Shown here: positions 56,496 through 64,000 of the stretch, piece after piece | Numbering within the stretch: position 1 is the stretch's first letter | Layout: each line of letters begins with the position of its first letter | Assembly: GCA_937903325.1 (NCBI GenBank) | Contig: CALCZR010000056.1 | Coordinates: forward strand, 64,451-128,450 | Source of the DNA: an uncultured Candidatus Saccharibacteria bacterium | Lineage (GTDB): Bacteria > Patescibacteriota > Saccharimonadia > Saccharimonadales > AWTP1-31 | Reading direction: 5' to 3' | Length of the DNA stretch: 64,000 nucleotides | Made by a program: the position numbers and the translations under genes | Notes under the pieces: model-generated | The model's input: only the letters and a program-made list of their open reading frames with translations | Databases searched by the model: none | Told to the model about the DNA's origin: nothing

Positions 56496-57401
56496 CTAGT
56501 GTGCATGTGTGTGGTCTGCTTCTGAGTGCTGTGCATCTTCTTGCAACATGGAGTTGTGATCATGTCCGGCTTGACCGTGCGGGATGCCATTGGCATCTAT
56601 GTGAATATATGTGTCAGAAGTAGTTGGAGCAGTATCTTCGTGCCCGTGGTCTAAGTAGTTATGAGCCAGCTGGATGGAAATAGCTACTAGAGCTGCGCCA
56701 AGCAGCATGAGCAGTGGCTGTAGCTCAAACAAACGCTTGTTGTTAGCCTTCTCATGAATCGTCGGGATAATGTCGCTCATGGCGATGTACAGCAAGAATC
56801 CAGCGCTAATACCAAGCAGCACACCGACTGGGAGGTCACTTGTTTTGCCGAGGGCAAAGGTACCGACTGCAACGGCAGTAGTCGCAAGAGAACTAATAAC
56901 ATTTACGAGCAACACTTTACGTCGGCGCATGCCTTTACTAAGCAGCAGTCCAAAATCACCAATTTCTTGGGGTATTTCGTGAGCCGCAATAGCAATGGTA
57001 GTAACAATACCAGTCGGCACACTAATTAAGAACGCTGCAGCAATAGCAATACCATCTAATGCGTTGTGAACCGTATCACCGATAACTACTAAAGCCGTAG
57101 AAGGGTCGTGCTTTTCGTGCTGATGATGGTGGTGAAACCAGTGTAGGAATCGTTCTGCAAAGAAAAACAGGAGTACTCCAATAAGTGTGGAGGCGAGCAC
57201 GCGGTCCGCAGTTGACTCCTCTAACCCGTCTTTAAGGAGATCTAGGAATACCGCAGCAAGCAGTGCCCCAGCTGCAAACGGCATACCATAGTCTGCCAGG
57301 GTTTTAGCGAGCTTTTTGTTACTGAGCATGAGAATGCCCCCAATAAGTGAGAACAGTCCACCGATGAGTGAATAGAATATAACGATTGAATAATTAGCCA
57401 T
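56496..57401 (-). CDS. ZIP-family divalent metal transporter with His-rich C-terminal tail
   Basis: HNALDGIAIAAAF and HEIPQEIGDFGLL. HHHHQHEKH loop and a tail (GHDHNSMLQEDAQHSEADHTHAH). Confidence 0.85.
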   Translation of the reverse strand: MANYSIVIFYSLIGGLFSLIGGILMLSNKKLAKTLADYGMPFAAGALLAAVFLDLLKDGLEESTADRVLASTLIGVLLFFFAERFLHWFHHHHQHEKHDPSTALVVIGDTVHNALDGIAIAAAFLISVPTGIVTTIAIAAHEIPQEIGDFGLLLSKGMRRRKVLLVNVISSLATTAVAVGTFALGKTSDLPVGVLLGISAGFLLYIAMSDIIPTIHEKANNKRLFELQPLLMLLGAALVAISIQLAHNYLDHGHEDTAPTTSDTYIHIDANGIPHGQAGHDHNSMLQEDAQHSEADHTHAH

Positions 57402-57520
57402 ATCTAAAGCCTAGTGACATCTGATTATTATTACAACTTTGTCGCAGTTTATTAATATTTATGCAACATTTGAATTCTTAGTTAAATAAATATACTTATG
57501 GTTATCAGATAATTCTCTTC

Positions 57521-57526
57521 TATACT
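57521..57526 (+). promoter_or_regulatory. -10 TATACT, 8 nt before ATG (leaderless candidate)
   Basis: TATACT-taccttct-ATG. A second TATACTTA lies at 57491. Confidence 0.35.
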
Positions 57527-57534
57527 TACCTTCT

Positions 57535-58719
57535 ATGAAGGAAATTCAGCTTGTCGGTGTCAATCACGGGGTAAGTGTTAGGTCGATGTTTGGTACTGAA
57601 ACGCTTCATGAAGTCCATCCTCCTGAAGATCTTGTTGAAACACTTGAACTCGGCAGAGGTACTAGCGTGGCCGTTGAAGCCGTACCCGGGCACGAACTTG
57701 TAACAGGCATTCCTCAGGAGCGAGACGATATGTCGGGTGATGAATATAGCCAAGCTTTTGTCGTGGCACAAGGACAACACTTCTTTGGTGCAGTATCGCG
57801 AATGCTAACTGCTGCTGGCTGTAATGTTCAAGGTATAGACGATCAGAATCTGCGACTTAATGTATATCCAAAACACCTTGCGCTAATAGACAGCGCTTCA
57901 GTACTAGCGTACATGCATGGTGACATGATGTTTGCACCTCGTATTGAGCATAGATTGGCCTTTTCGCGCGCATTCATAGGACATATGGACTCTTCTATTC
58001 GTGAGGATAGGATGTTCGGATTCCTAAGTAAGGGTAATTTCGATACTGCAGTAGTAAGCCAAGCGCATGCAGATACACTTGCAGCCAGCCCAGAACTTCA
58101 GGCGCGCCTTGGACTAAGAGTGGCTGAGTATTTGCGAGTGGAACCACTGCATAACGGCTATCCCATTACGGATGACAATGCACCCACAAGCATTACGAGT
58201 CAGAAGCTTCCTAGTCAACTCTACGCACCCGATCCCTATGAAGTAGCTATGGATGCACATGGACACGCCATAACACGCGAGCGTTACCGACGAAGATATA
58301 ATGCGTTTAGCATTGGTCGTGTACTTGGTAGGAGAGAAATGTCTCCTGACTACCTGGGTAGGTTCTATATCACAGGACCAGCTGAGAAAAGTTTATTTGA
58401 GCTTCATGTAGAGGATCGTGCAGGCTCTGAGTTTACAGGCACTATCTACGACATCTTAGGAACGGCAACGGCTGAGGGCGAAATAACCCCTGACGGACTA
58501 GAATTTAGAAAAGTATATGATAAAACTACCGTGCTAGAGAGGAATATCGTTCCGCTCAATTACCGAGGGACTATCAATCCAGATACCGGAACGGTCCTAG
58601 GTAGATATGCAGGGGATCGAGACAAGATTGAATGGGGGATGTGCTTTGTTATGAGGCCATATGACAGGCATGCAATTCACCAACTCAACAGGCAAGCCGT
58701 AATCTACGACCGAGAATAG
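57535..58719 (+). CDS. hypothetical protein (394 aa); N-terminal half weakly TraB/GumN-like
   Basis: IQLVGVNHGVS...VAVEAVPG and VVSQAHADTL are reminiscent of the TraB/PrgY/GumN LxGTxHV...VxVE...GxxH pattern. The C-terminal ~150 aa are Gly/Tyr/Asp-rich and look beta-rich. Weak inference. Confidence 0.6.
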   Translation: MKEIQLVGVNHGVSVRSMFGTETLHEVHPPEDLVETLELGRGTSVAVEAVPGHELVTGIPQERDDMSGDEYSQAFVVAQGQHFFGAVSRMLTAAGCNVQGIDDQNLRLNVYPKHLALIDSASVLAYMHGDMMFAPRIEHRLAFSRAFIGHMDSSIREDRMFGFLSKGNFDTAVVSQAHADTLAASPELQARLGLRVAEYLRVEPLHNGYPITDDNAPTSITSQKLPSQLYAPDPYEVAMDAHGHAITRERYRRRYNAFSIGRVLGRREMSPDYLGRFYITGPAEKSLFELHVEDRAGSEFTGTIYDILGTATAEGEITPDGLEFRKVYDKTTVLERNIVPLNYRGTINPDTGTVLGRYAGDRDKIEWGMCFVMRPYDRHAIHQLNRQAVIYDRE

Positions 58720-58822
58720 TAACTTGAATTAAAGGAACCCCGCACTCGGTACAGGGTTCGCGGGAAGCCTCACACTTCCTCATTTAGCTTAAGCCTATGC
58801 GCTTATGTTTGCAAGCATAATT

Positions 58823-59935
58823 TTAGGCAATTTTCTCCCAAGGAAGGTCCTTCTTACCGAAGTGACCATAGGCACTGGTTGCTTGGTATATAGGGCGTCG
58901 TAGGTCTAACTTTTCGATGATGCCACCGACACTAGTATCGATTAATTCATCCGCAAACTTTTCGAGCTCCTCTTGGCTTACGGTAGCCGTTCCAAATGCG
59001 TCAATAGTCTTCATAAGTGGCTTAGGTTGCCCAATAACGTAGGCAAGACCTACTTCACACTTTGTAGCCAGACCTTTGGCAACGATATTCTTGGCAATGT
59101 AGCGGGCTGCGTAAGCGCCAGAACGGTCTACCTTGCTTGGATCCTTACCACTAAAGGCACCACCTCCCACGCGGGCGTATCCACCATACGTGTCTACTAC
59201 GATTTTTCGGCCAGTAAGACCAGCGTCACTCTCGGGACCAGGAATATGCCATGTACCGGTACCATTTACGATCAACTGACTTTGTTCAATCTTGTAGCTA
59301 TAACTATCTAGCACTGGGCTTACAACTTGTTCAAATATGGCTTGGGCAACTGTCTGGTCGTCCACGTCTTCGTTGTGCGCAGTAGCGATAACAACTGTTT
59401 CAATACCTACTGGCTTGTCGTCTTCGTACTGTACCGTAACTTGGCTTTTGCCATCCGGGCGGATATAGTCAAGAATCTTCTTTTCCCTAACTTCATCCAG
59501 TCGTCGAGTTAGTGAGTGAGCAATAGCGACTGGGAGTGGCATAAGTTCAGGCGTTTCATTAATAGCAAAGCCAAACATCATGCCCTGGTCACCAGCACCG
59601 GTATCATCATTAGTGCCTTGTGCAATCTCTGGAGACTGCTGGTGAATGTTGTTTTCGAATTCAGACTCACCAGAGAATCCCCATGCAGGATTGGTGTAGC
59701 CAAGTTCGGCGATAGTCTCACGAACAATCTTCTCAAAGTCTACTTTGGCTGTGGTATTAATTTCACCAAACAGAGCTACTCGGTTAGCACCAGCTACCGT
59801 TTCAATACCAGTTCGAGCATGTGGATCTTGTGCCAATATGGCGTCCAGTAGCGCATCGCTAATGCGGTCAGCTATTTTGTCGGGGTGTCCAGCACAGACC
59901 GACTCGCTGGTGAATAATGTTTTGTTTGCGGGCAT
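58823..59935 (-). CDS. metK: S-adenosylmethionine synthetase
   Basis: GHPDKIADRISDA, GAGDQGMMFGFA, GGGAFSGKDPSKVDRS. Confidence 0.95.
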   Translation of the reverse strand: MPANKTLFTSESVCAGHPDKIADRISDALLDAILAQDPHARTGIETVAGANRVALFGEINTTAKVDFEKIVRETIAELGYTNPAWGFSGESEFENNIHQQSPEIAQGTNDDTGAGDQGMMFGFAINETPELMPLPVAIAHSLTRRLDEVREKKILDYIRPDGKSQVTVQYEDDKPVGIETVVIATAHNEDVDDQTVAQAIFEQVVSPVLDSYSYKIEQSQLIVNGTGTWHIPGPESDAGLTGRKIVVDTYGGYARVGGGAFSGKDPSKVDRSGAYAARYIAKNIVAKGLATKCEVGLAYVIGQPKPLMKTIDAFGTATVSQEELEKFADELIDTSVGGIIEKLDLRRPIYQATSAYGHFGKKDLPWEKIA

Positions 59936-60066
59936 AAAAATATCCTTCTCCGGTTCTAGAAAAGGATGTATGTTAACCTACATATCTTTCCCGGAACGGG
60001 GCTAGTTGGAGCACTTTATCTGCTGACAAGTTGCTAACGGGTCAGTGAGCTAGGTCTCTCGCCGTT
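59936..60066 (-). promoter_or_regulatory. structured metK 5' leader, putative SAM-responsive riboswitch with SD-sequestering helix
   Basis: Minus-strand RNA: AACGG (60066..60062) pairs with CCGUU (59999..59995). An internal 26-nt hairpin, AGCAACUUGUC-AGCA-GAUAAAGUGCU (60035..60010), carries GCAAC/GUGCU like SAM-I P3. UUCCGG (59996..59991) is complementary to CCGGAG (59953..59948), which overlaps the GGAGAAGGA SD. Confidence 0.45.
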
Positions 60067-60152
60067 TCTATATATTGGTAAATTGTTAACGCTTCCTAGC
60101 GTACCATGGCTTATTGTCTGGAAGCAAATGGGAACAATATCGTACTTAGCCT

Positions 60153-61238
60153 CTAAGGATTTTTCAGCTTGTCAGGTGCGCCGGGTAGCCAGTAACCGAG
60201 ATTCATCTGCACATTCTTATTAGTATCCGTGTAGACGCTCACTGGACAGTTTGTTGTCTCGTATCCGTTATTCGGATGCTTGGAAGTGTTAAGGGAGTTA
60301 GTGAACGCACTGAAACTATATGGCTGCACTGCACCATTGTTCGCACGAACATTAATGGTGGCCATGCTAGATTTTTGGAAATCGGAACAATTGTACTTGG
60401 TATTGCCGCTCAGTGAACGCCACCAATGTAAGTCTTCACCGAAAGCACCTGTATGTGTGTCGAGGAAGGAGGCGTCTTTGCCATTGATCACTGTCTGGAT
60501 ACGTTCCTCGCCAATAAACGTCTGTGCGTTTGTCGTCAGGTCAGTTACCCAAAGACCCCACCATTTACCAGATGCATCTACCTCACTTGGGCCTGGCTTA
60601 AGTTCAAATTTGTATTTGTGTCCAACCGTCCAGTTATATGGGTACATGACCTGGAAGCCACTGCTTTCTTCATTGCCATCATTCAGTAGCCCTGGGCTAG
60701 ATGTTTTACCTCCATTACTCCGCCAGAATGAGAAGTTAACGACCTTCCCTCGAAAGATCCCTTTAAACAGTCCATTTGTCTGAAAGCCCGCATAGCCGTA
60801 TCCCACCTCATCCGTATGGTTAGTCACTCCAAAGGTATAGGCGTAGTAGTGGAGCAGGTTGTCGGCGGCTAGGCTTGAGGCTGGATCTTGTACCGGAACC
60901 TGTGTCCACTCAAGGCTCGTGAGCCCTGTACCTGGATAGTACCAGTCTGCGTAAGTGCCTCCTGGACTGGCGCCACCGAACGATATGCCTTTCCCAAACC
61001 TTGTGTAGGTAGCATTAGCCGCCGTGTTGCTATTAGCAGTCAATGCTTTCCCCGTAAGCGCACCATTTTCAGTCTCAAACTGGGCAGAAGAAGTGGCAGC
61101 CTTCGTCAGTAAAACCAAACAAGCTCCTACAAGTGTTAAAGCTATCATGACCACAATGTAGAACAAATATTTTTTGAGATACTTCGGTCGACGTTTGTGT
61201 TTCATGGCTGCCTTTGTATTTAAGTGTAGCACGGGCAT
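60153..61238 (-). CDS. secreted/membrane-anchored hypothetical protein, probably beta-sandwich (lectin/glucanase-like)
   Basis: N-terminal basic + TM signal anchor, QFETENGALTGKA (typical start of CBM/jelly-roll modules), and a Trp/Tyr/Gly/Asn-rich body. Confidence 0.6.
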   Translation of the reverse strand: MPVLHLNTKAAMKHKRRPKYLKKYLFYIVVMIALTLVGACLVLLTKAATSSAQFETENGALTGKALTANSNTAANATYTRFGKGISFGGASPGGTYADWYYPGTGLTSLEWTQVPVQDPASSLAADNLLHYYAYTFGVTNHTDEVGYGYAGFQTNGLFKGIFRGKVVNFSFWRSNGGKTSSPGLLNDGNEESSGFQVMYPYNWTVGHKYKFELKPGPSEVDASGKWWGLWVTDLTTNAQTFIGEERIQTVINGKDASFLDTHTGAFGEDLHWWRSLSGNTKYNCSDFQKSSMATINVRANNGAVQPYSFSAFTNSLNTSKHPNNGYETTNCPVSVYTDTNKNVQMNLGYWLPGAPDKLKNP

Positions 61239-61282
61239 AAGCGTATTGCTGGCCGGTAGACAAGTGTATTGTCTGCTACCAT

Positions 61283-62083
61283 ATGAACATGATTATCTTG
61301 CTGCACTCCTCTAAAACTATGCGTCAGCCCACTGCTGGATCAGAAAGGGCCAAGCAGCAGACAGCGTCACCCGTTCTTCTTGAGAATGCAACGGAGATAG
61401 CGAACTATCTAAAGACCCTCAACACTACCCAGATCGCTCAGCACATGCAGGTGTCACCTGCCCTGGCCACAAAAACTCACACAGTACTACAGAATTGGAC
61501 GGCCGACTCAGACAAGCAAACACCAGCTATAGATTGTTTCTTAGGAGATATTTACAGTGGTTTCCAGGTAGCCATGCTAAGCAAACAAGACCGTGAGTAC
61601 GCCCATAAGCACTTGCGGATACTTTCCGGGCTATACGGGGTCCTCGGAGCATTAGACGGAATATACCCCTACCGGCTTGAAATGGCCTACCGATTCCCCA
61701 AAGAACCATTCAACAACTTGTATGACTTCTGGGGTGATAGTATTGCCAAGTCGCTGCAAGATGAGAAGTTCGTCATTAACCTATCTAGCGTTGAATACAG
61801 CAAGGCCGTTCTACCTTACATGAAGGATACTACAGTAGTAGCTCCCAAGTTCATGACCATTGACCCAAAAACCAAGGAACCTAAGTTTGTCGTAGTGCAC
61901 GCTAAGATAGCGCGCGGAGCATTTGCTCGGTGGCTCATACAAAATCGTGTACAGAGCCTAGAGGGTATGCAGAAATTTAATGACCTTAACTACCAATTCA
62001 ATGCGATACTTAGTACTCCAGGGGAACCTGTCTTTGTAGCTCAAGAGTTTGGTGGGCTTGGACTCAGTGTTAGGCTTTCGTAA
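61283..62083 (+). CDS. yaaA: peroxide stress protein YaaA (UPF0246)
   Basis: MIILLHSSKTM..., HLRILSGLYGVLGALDGIYPYRLEM, AKIARGAFARWL. The start may be the ATG at 61289. Confidence 0.85.
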   Translation: MNMIILLHSSKTMRQPTAGSERAKQQTASPVLLENATEIANYLKTLNTTQIAQHMQVSPALATKTHTVLQNWTADSDKQTPAIDCFLGDIYSGFQVAMLSKQDREYAHKHLRILSGLYGVLGALDGIYPYRLEMAYRFPKEPFNNLYDFWGDSIAKSLQDEKFVINLSSVEYSKAVLPYMKDTTVVAPKFMTIDPKTKEPKFVVVHAKIARGAFARWLIQNRVQSLEGMQKFNDLNYQFNAILSTPGEPVFVAQEFGGLGLSVRLS

Positions 62084-63782
62084 CGTTATCGGAGCCCAAC
62101 TCGTCTAGCTTTCTGATTCGCTTTACAAATCCTCCCAATGTACCGAATTTGTCGGATAGTTCATCAAGGAACGGTGTCAGACCAATCTTGTTTAAGGTTG
62201 TGAGGACTTTTGTCTTTTCCATTACTGTTTCACCGACGCCGATGGCGGCTTGGCCGAAGTAGACAAAGTCATCCAGATCCCAACCAATCGTGCTTCGAGA
62301 GCGCGAGAAACTATCGATTAATCGAGACATGTTTCTCCCATTTTTATAGTAAAGTTGTTTGATAGCTTTCATGTCGTTCTGTACGTGTCGCGCAAAGCGT
62401 TCACCGGGTCTAAAGTCACGTAGGACAAAGTGTGCAATCTTGACATCAACCCTACTGCCATCTTCACCACAAAGCTCAGTAAATAATGCGTCGTATTCCT
62501 TGTATGTTGCTTGGATGCACTCCTGATAGTTATAGTATGCACCTTTTGCTTGGGCTGTTTGCGCCTGAGAAGGACCTTTGCCCTGTTCGGCTAACTCTCG
62601 AATTTGTTCAGGAGTTGGTGGTTCGCCTTCGTGGTCTCGTGCCCAACGCACTCCGTACGCTACAACATCAGCAATTGACCATGCTGAATAGTCTACGATC
62701 CCTAGTCGACTGAGTGACTTTTCTCGTCCACCCAACAACTCAACGACTGTATTCGCATCCGGATCTGAAGTCATGTACCGATTGAATCCATTCAAACCTT
62801 CTTGCTGGACAATGTCAGTTATGTGTTGAAGGAGCTCAGGTTTGGACCACTCTGCCAGTGGAATCTCTCCATTGAGTGCTCGATTGACTCTACGCTGGTA
62901 TTCTGGTAATCCACCCAGGAAGCGAGCCTCTATTTGTAGTATTGTCGGCGAAATATGCAAATCACGTCCTTGTGCAATAATTTCATCAGTTAATTTCTTG
63001 GTGTCTGGGTTAGCGCTTGTTACCAGCCAGACGCCGTTATCTATCCAGTCTTGCTCTGACCAACGCTCTAATGTGGTACTTGTGACGAAACCGAGCTTAT
63101 CCTGGTAATTTTCAAACGAACGACCATGGCGCTTTACTATGGCTTTTGGAGGAGGACAAAGTCCAAGATTACTGGCCTTGCGAAGTTCCGGAAGTGTAGG
63201 CATTACGGGGCTGTCACTAGACCCTAATAGTTGACTCATCCAGCGTCCATTTTCAATGTACTGCTCCTGTGTCCAGCTTTCGTAGTCGAGTGGATGCTCA
63301 TATGGTTCGAACCCAAGTGCACGTTGATACTCAAGTAGATTCTTAAATCTATCATAGATAAGCCCAACAGGAGGGGCAATATCTACGCGTGACGCTTCCT
63401 GTAAATCCTCTTGTCGTGGCATGACCGGCTCTTCTGGCGAGCCAAGCATATGACTTAACCAGACGCCGTTATCTATCCAATCTTGCTCTGACCAGGATCT
63501 TAATAACTCTGTATTAACAAATCCTAGTCTAATTTGTAACGCGGAAATTCCGATTATTCTTGCAACCATTGCATAGTGCGGGCCAAGTCCGGCATCATAA
63601 GCTTCCTTAAGTATGGTCCTTGTTGGCATTACTATATCCACATCTTGAGGTGCTAGCTGCTGTCCAACAAATCGGGCATACGCAATCATTTGTTCAGGAG
63701 TACTACTTACGTCCAAGCATGAAAAGTCAGGAGATTTTGCTACCTCCGTTAACTCACCACCCGATGTTGTAACGTCTGACAT
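62070..63782 (-). CDS. repeat protein (570 aa) of ~65-aa helical repeats, homing-endonuclease-associated-repeat-like
   Basis: Six to seven units such as WSEQDWIDNGVWLSHMLGSPEEPVMPRQEDLQEASRVDIAPPVGLIYDRFKNLLEYQRALGF and WTQEQYIENGRWMSQLLGSSDSPVMPTLPELRKASNLGLCPPPKAIVKRHGRSFENYQDKLGF. No catalytic motif seen. Confidence 0.65.
   Translation of the reverse strand: MSDVTTSGGELTEVAKSPDFSCLDVSSTPEQMIAYARFVGQQLAPQDVDIVMPTRTILKEAYDAGLGPHYAMVARIIGISALQIRLGFVNTELLRSWSEQDWIDNGVWLSHMLGSPEEPVMPRQEDLQEASRVDIAPPVGLIYDRFKNLLEYQRALGFEPYEHPLDYESWTQEQYIENGRWMSQLLGSSDSPVMPTLPELRKASNLGLCPPPKAIVKRHGRSFENYQDKLGFVTSTTLERWSEQDWIDNGVWLVTSANPDTKKLTDEIIAQGRDLHISPTILQIEARFLGGLPEYQRRVNRALNGEIPLAEWSKPELLQHITDIVQQEGLNGFNRYMTSDPDANTVVELLGGREKSLSRLGIVDYSAWSIADVVAYGVRWARDHEGEPPTPEQIRELAEQGKGPSQAQTAQAKGAYYNYQECIQATYKEYDALFTELCGEDGSRVDVKIAHFVLRDFRPGERFARHVQNDMKAIKQLYYKNGRNMSRLIDSFSRSRSTIGWDLDDFVYFGQAAIGVGETVMEKTKVLTTLNKIGLTPFLDELSDKFGTLGGFVKRIRKLDELGSDNVTKA
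63027..63062. repeat. 36-nt intragenic direct repeat, copy 1
   Basis: ccagacgccgttatctatccagtcttgctctgacca. Confidence 0.9.
63459..63494. repeat. 36-nt intragenic direct repeat, copy 2 (35/36 identical)
   Basis: ccagacgccgttatctatccaatcttgctctgacca, 432 nt from copy 1. Confidence 0.9.
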
Positions 63783-63855
63783 AGAGATAGCATATTATAA
63801 CATATTTATAACTAATGACATACTTACTGTTATGGGTTATAATTATCATTCGTAT

Positions 63856-63929
63856 TGGGGATTGGCCAAGTGGTAAGGCAGCGGATTCTGGTTCCGCGAT
63901 CGGGGGTTCGAATCCCTCATCCCCAGCCA
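63856..63929 (+). tRNA. tRNA-Gln (anticodon CUG), CCA encoded
   Basis: Hand-folded cloverleaf: acceptor TGGGGAT/ATCCCCA (U1-A72), G73 discriminator, anticodon stem GCGGA/TCCGC with loop TTCTGGT, T arm GGGGG-TTCGAAT-CCCTC, 3' CCA. Confidence 0.9.
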
Positions 63930-63944
63930 AGTATGCATTGAGTG

Positions 63945-63973
63945 AAAGACTTCTTCGGAAGTCTTTTTGTTTT
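63945..63973 (+). terminator. rho-independent terminator after tRNA-Gln
   Basis: AAAGACTTC-TTCG-GAAGTCTTT (UUCG tetraloop) running into TTTTTGTTTT. Confidence 0.7.
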
Positions 63974-64000
63974 GGTAGAATAATGATATGAAACACGATT

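Noticed and set aside
59936-60152. Annotating the metK leader as a canonical SAM-I riboswitch
   Set aside because: I could not find the P2 kink-turn (GA motif), the GGCCC/pseudoknot elements or a P4 hairpin. It is reported only as SAM-riboswitch-like, pending covariance-model search.
60280-60783. 167-aa plus-strand ORF inside the secreted-protein gene
   Set aside because: The minus-strand frame has a signal anchor and is much longer. The plus frame has no start context.
63754-63996. 80-aa minus-strand ORF
   Set aside because: It runs straight through the tRNA-Gln gene and its terminator.
1-64000. Search by eye for a CRISPR array, IS/transposase, integrase, prophage, retron/DGR reverse transcriptase, restriction-modification or other known defence genes
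   Set aside because: None found. No gap is larger than ~217 nt. The only direct repeats seen are intragenic (62070-63782) or short intergenic motifs, and no RT, Cas, transposase or recombinase motifs appear in any ORF. The two methyltransferases look like small-molecule/RNA Methyltransf_11 types without partner nucleases.

Overview
Dense, almost entirely protein-coding chromosomal segment: about 62 CDS, one tRNA, no rRNA. The standard code applies, since TGA is a real stop at the glpQ/next-gene ATGA overlap at 42106. Content is mostly housekeeping: clpC, nusA, pepN, rnhB, rplS, malic enzyme, a pilB-type ATPase, dnaE, galU, gatCAB, uvrB, a sugar-phosphate block (fba, PfkB kinase, split transketolase, rpe, rpiB, gap), ppa, glpQ, trxB, pheST, rmuC, a ZIP transporter, metK, yaaA and tRNA-Gln. 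The mix (split tkt, lone pilB, GatCAB, many short lineage-specific hypotheticals, no biosynthetic operons) looks like a Patescibacteria/CPR, Saccharibacteria-like genome, but that is inference. I saw no CRISPR array, transposase, integrase, phage genes or recognisable defence system. Worth a second look: (1) a perfect CIRCE operator on the clpC promoter; (2) a structured, SAM-riboswitch-like metK leader that does not fit canonical SAM-I; (3) a pervasive -10-hexamer-N6-8-ATG (leaderless) start architecture; (4) an orphan plus-strand terminator/attenuator-like RNA element convergent with a low-GC 135-aa ORF; (5) a small helical ORF wedged inside gatCAB; (6) a translationally coupled unknown (413 aa) + LOG/SLOG-like pair next to a DSBH-like ORF and uvrB, inside a ribose-phosphate/glycolysis supercluster; (7) a 570-aa protein built from ~65-aa repeats with a 35/36-nt identical internal DNA repeat. 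None of these is shown to be a new system. All functional calls rest on reading motifs by eye, with no searches run.
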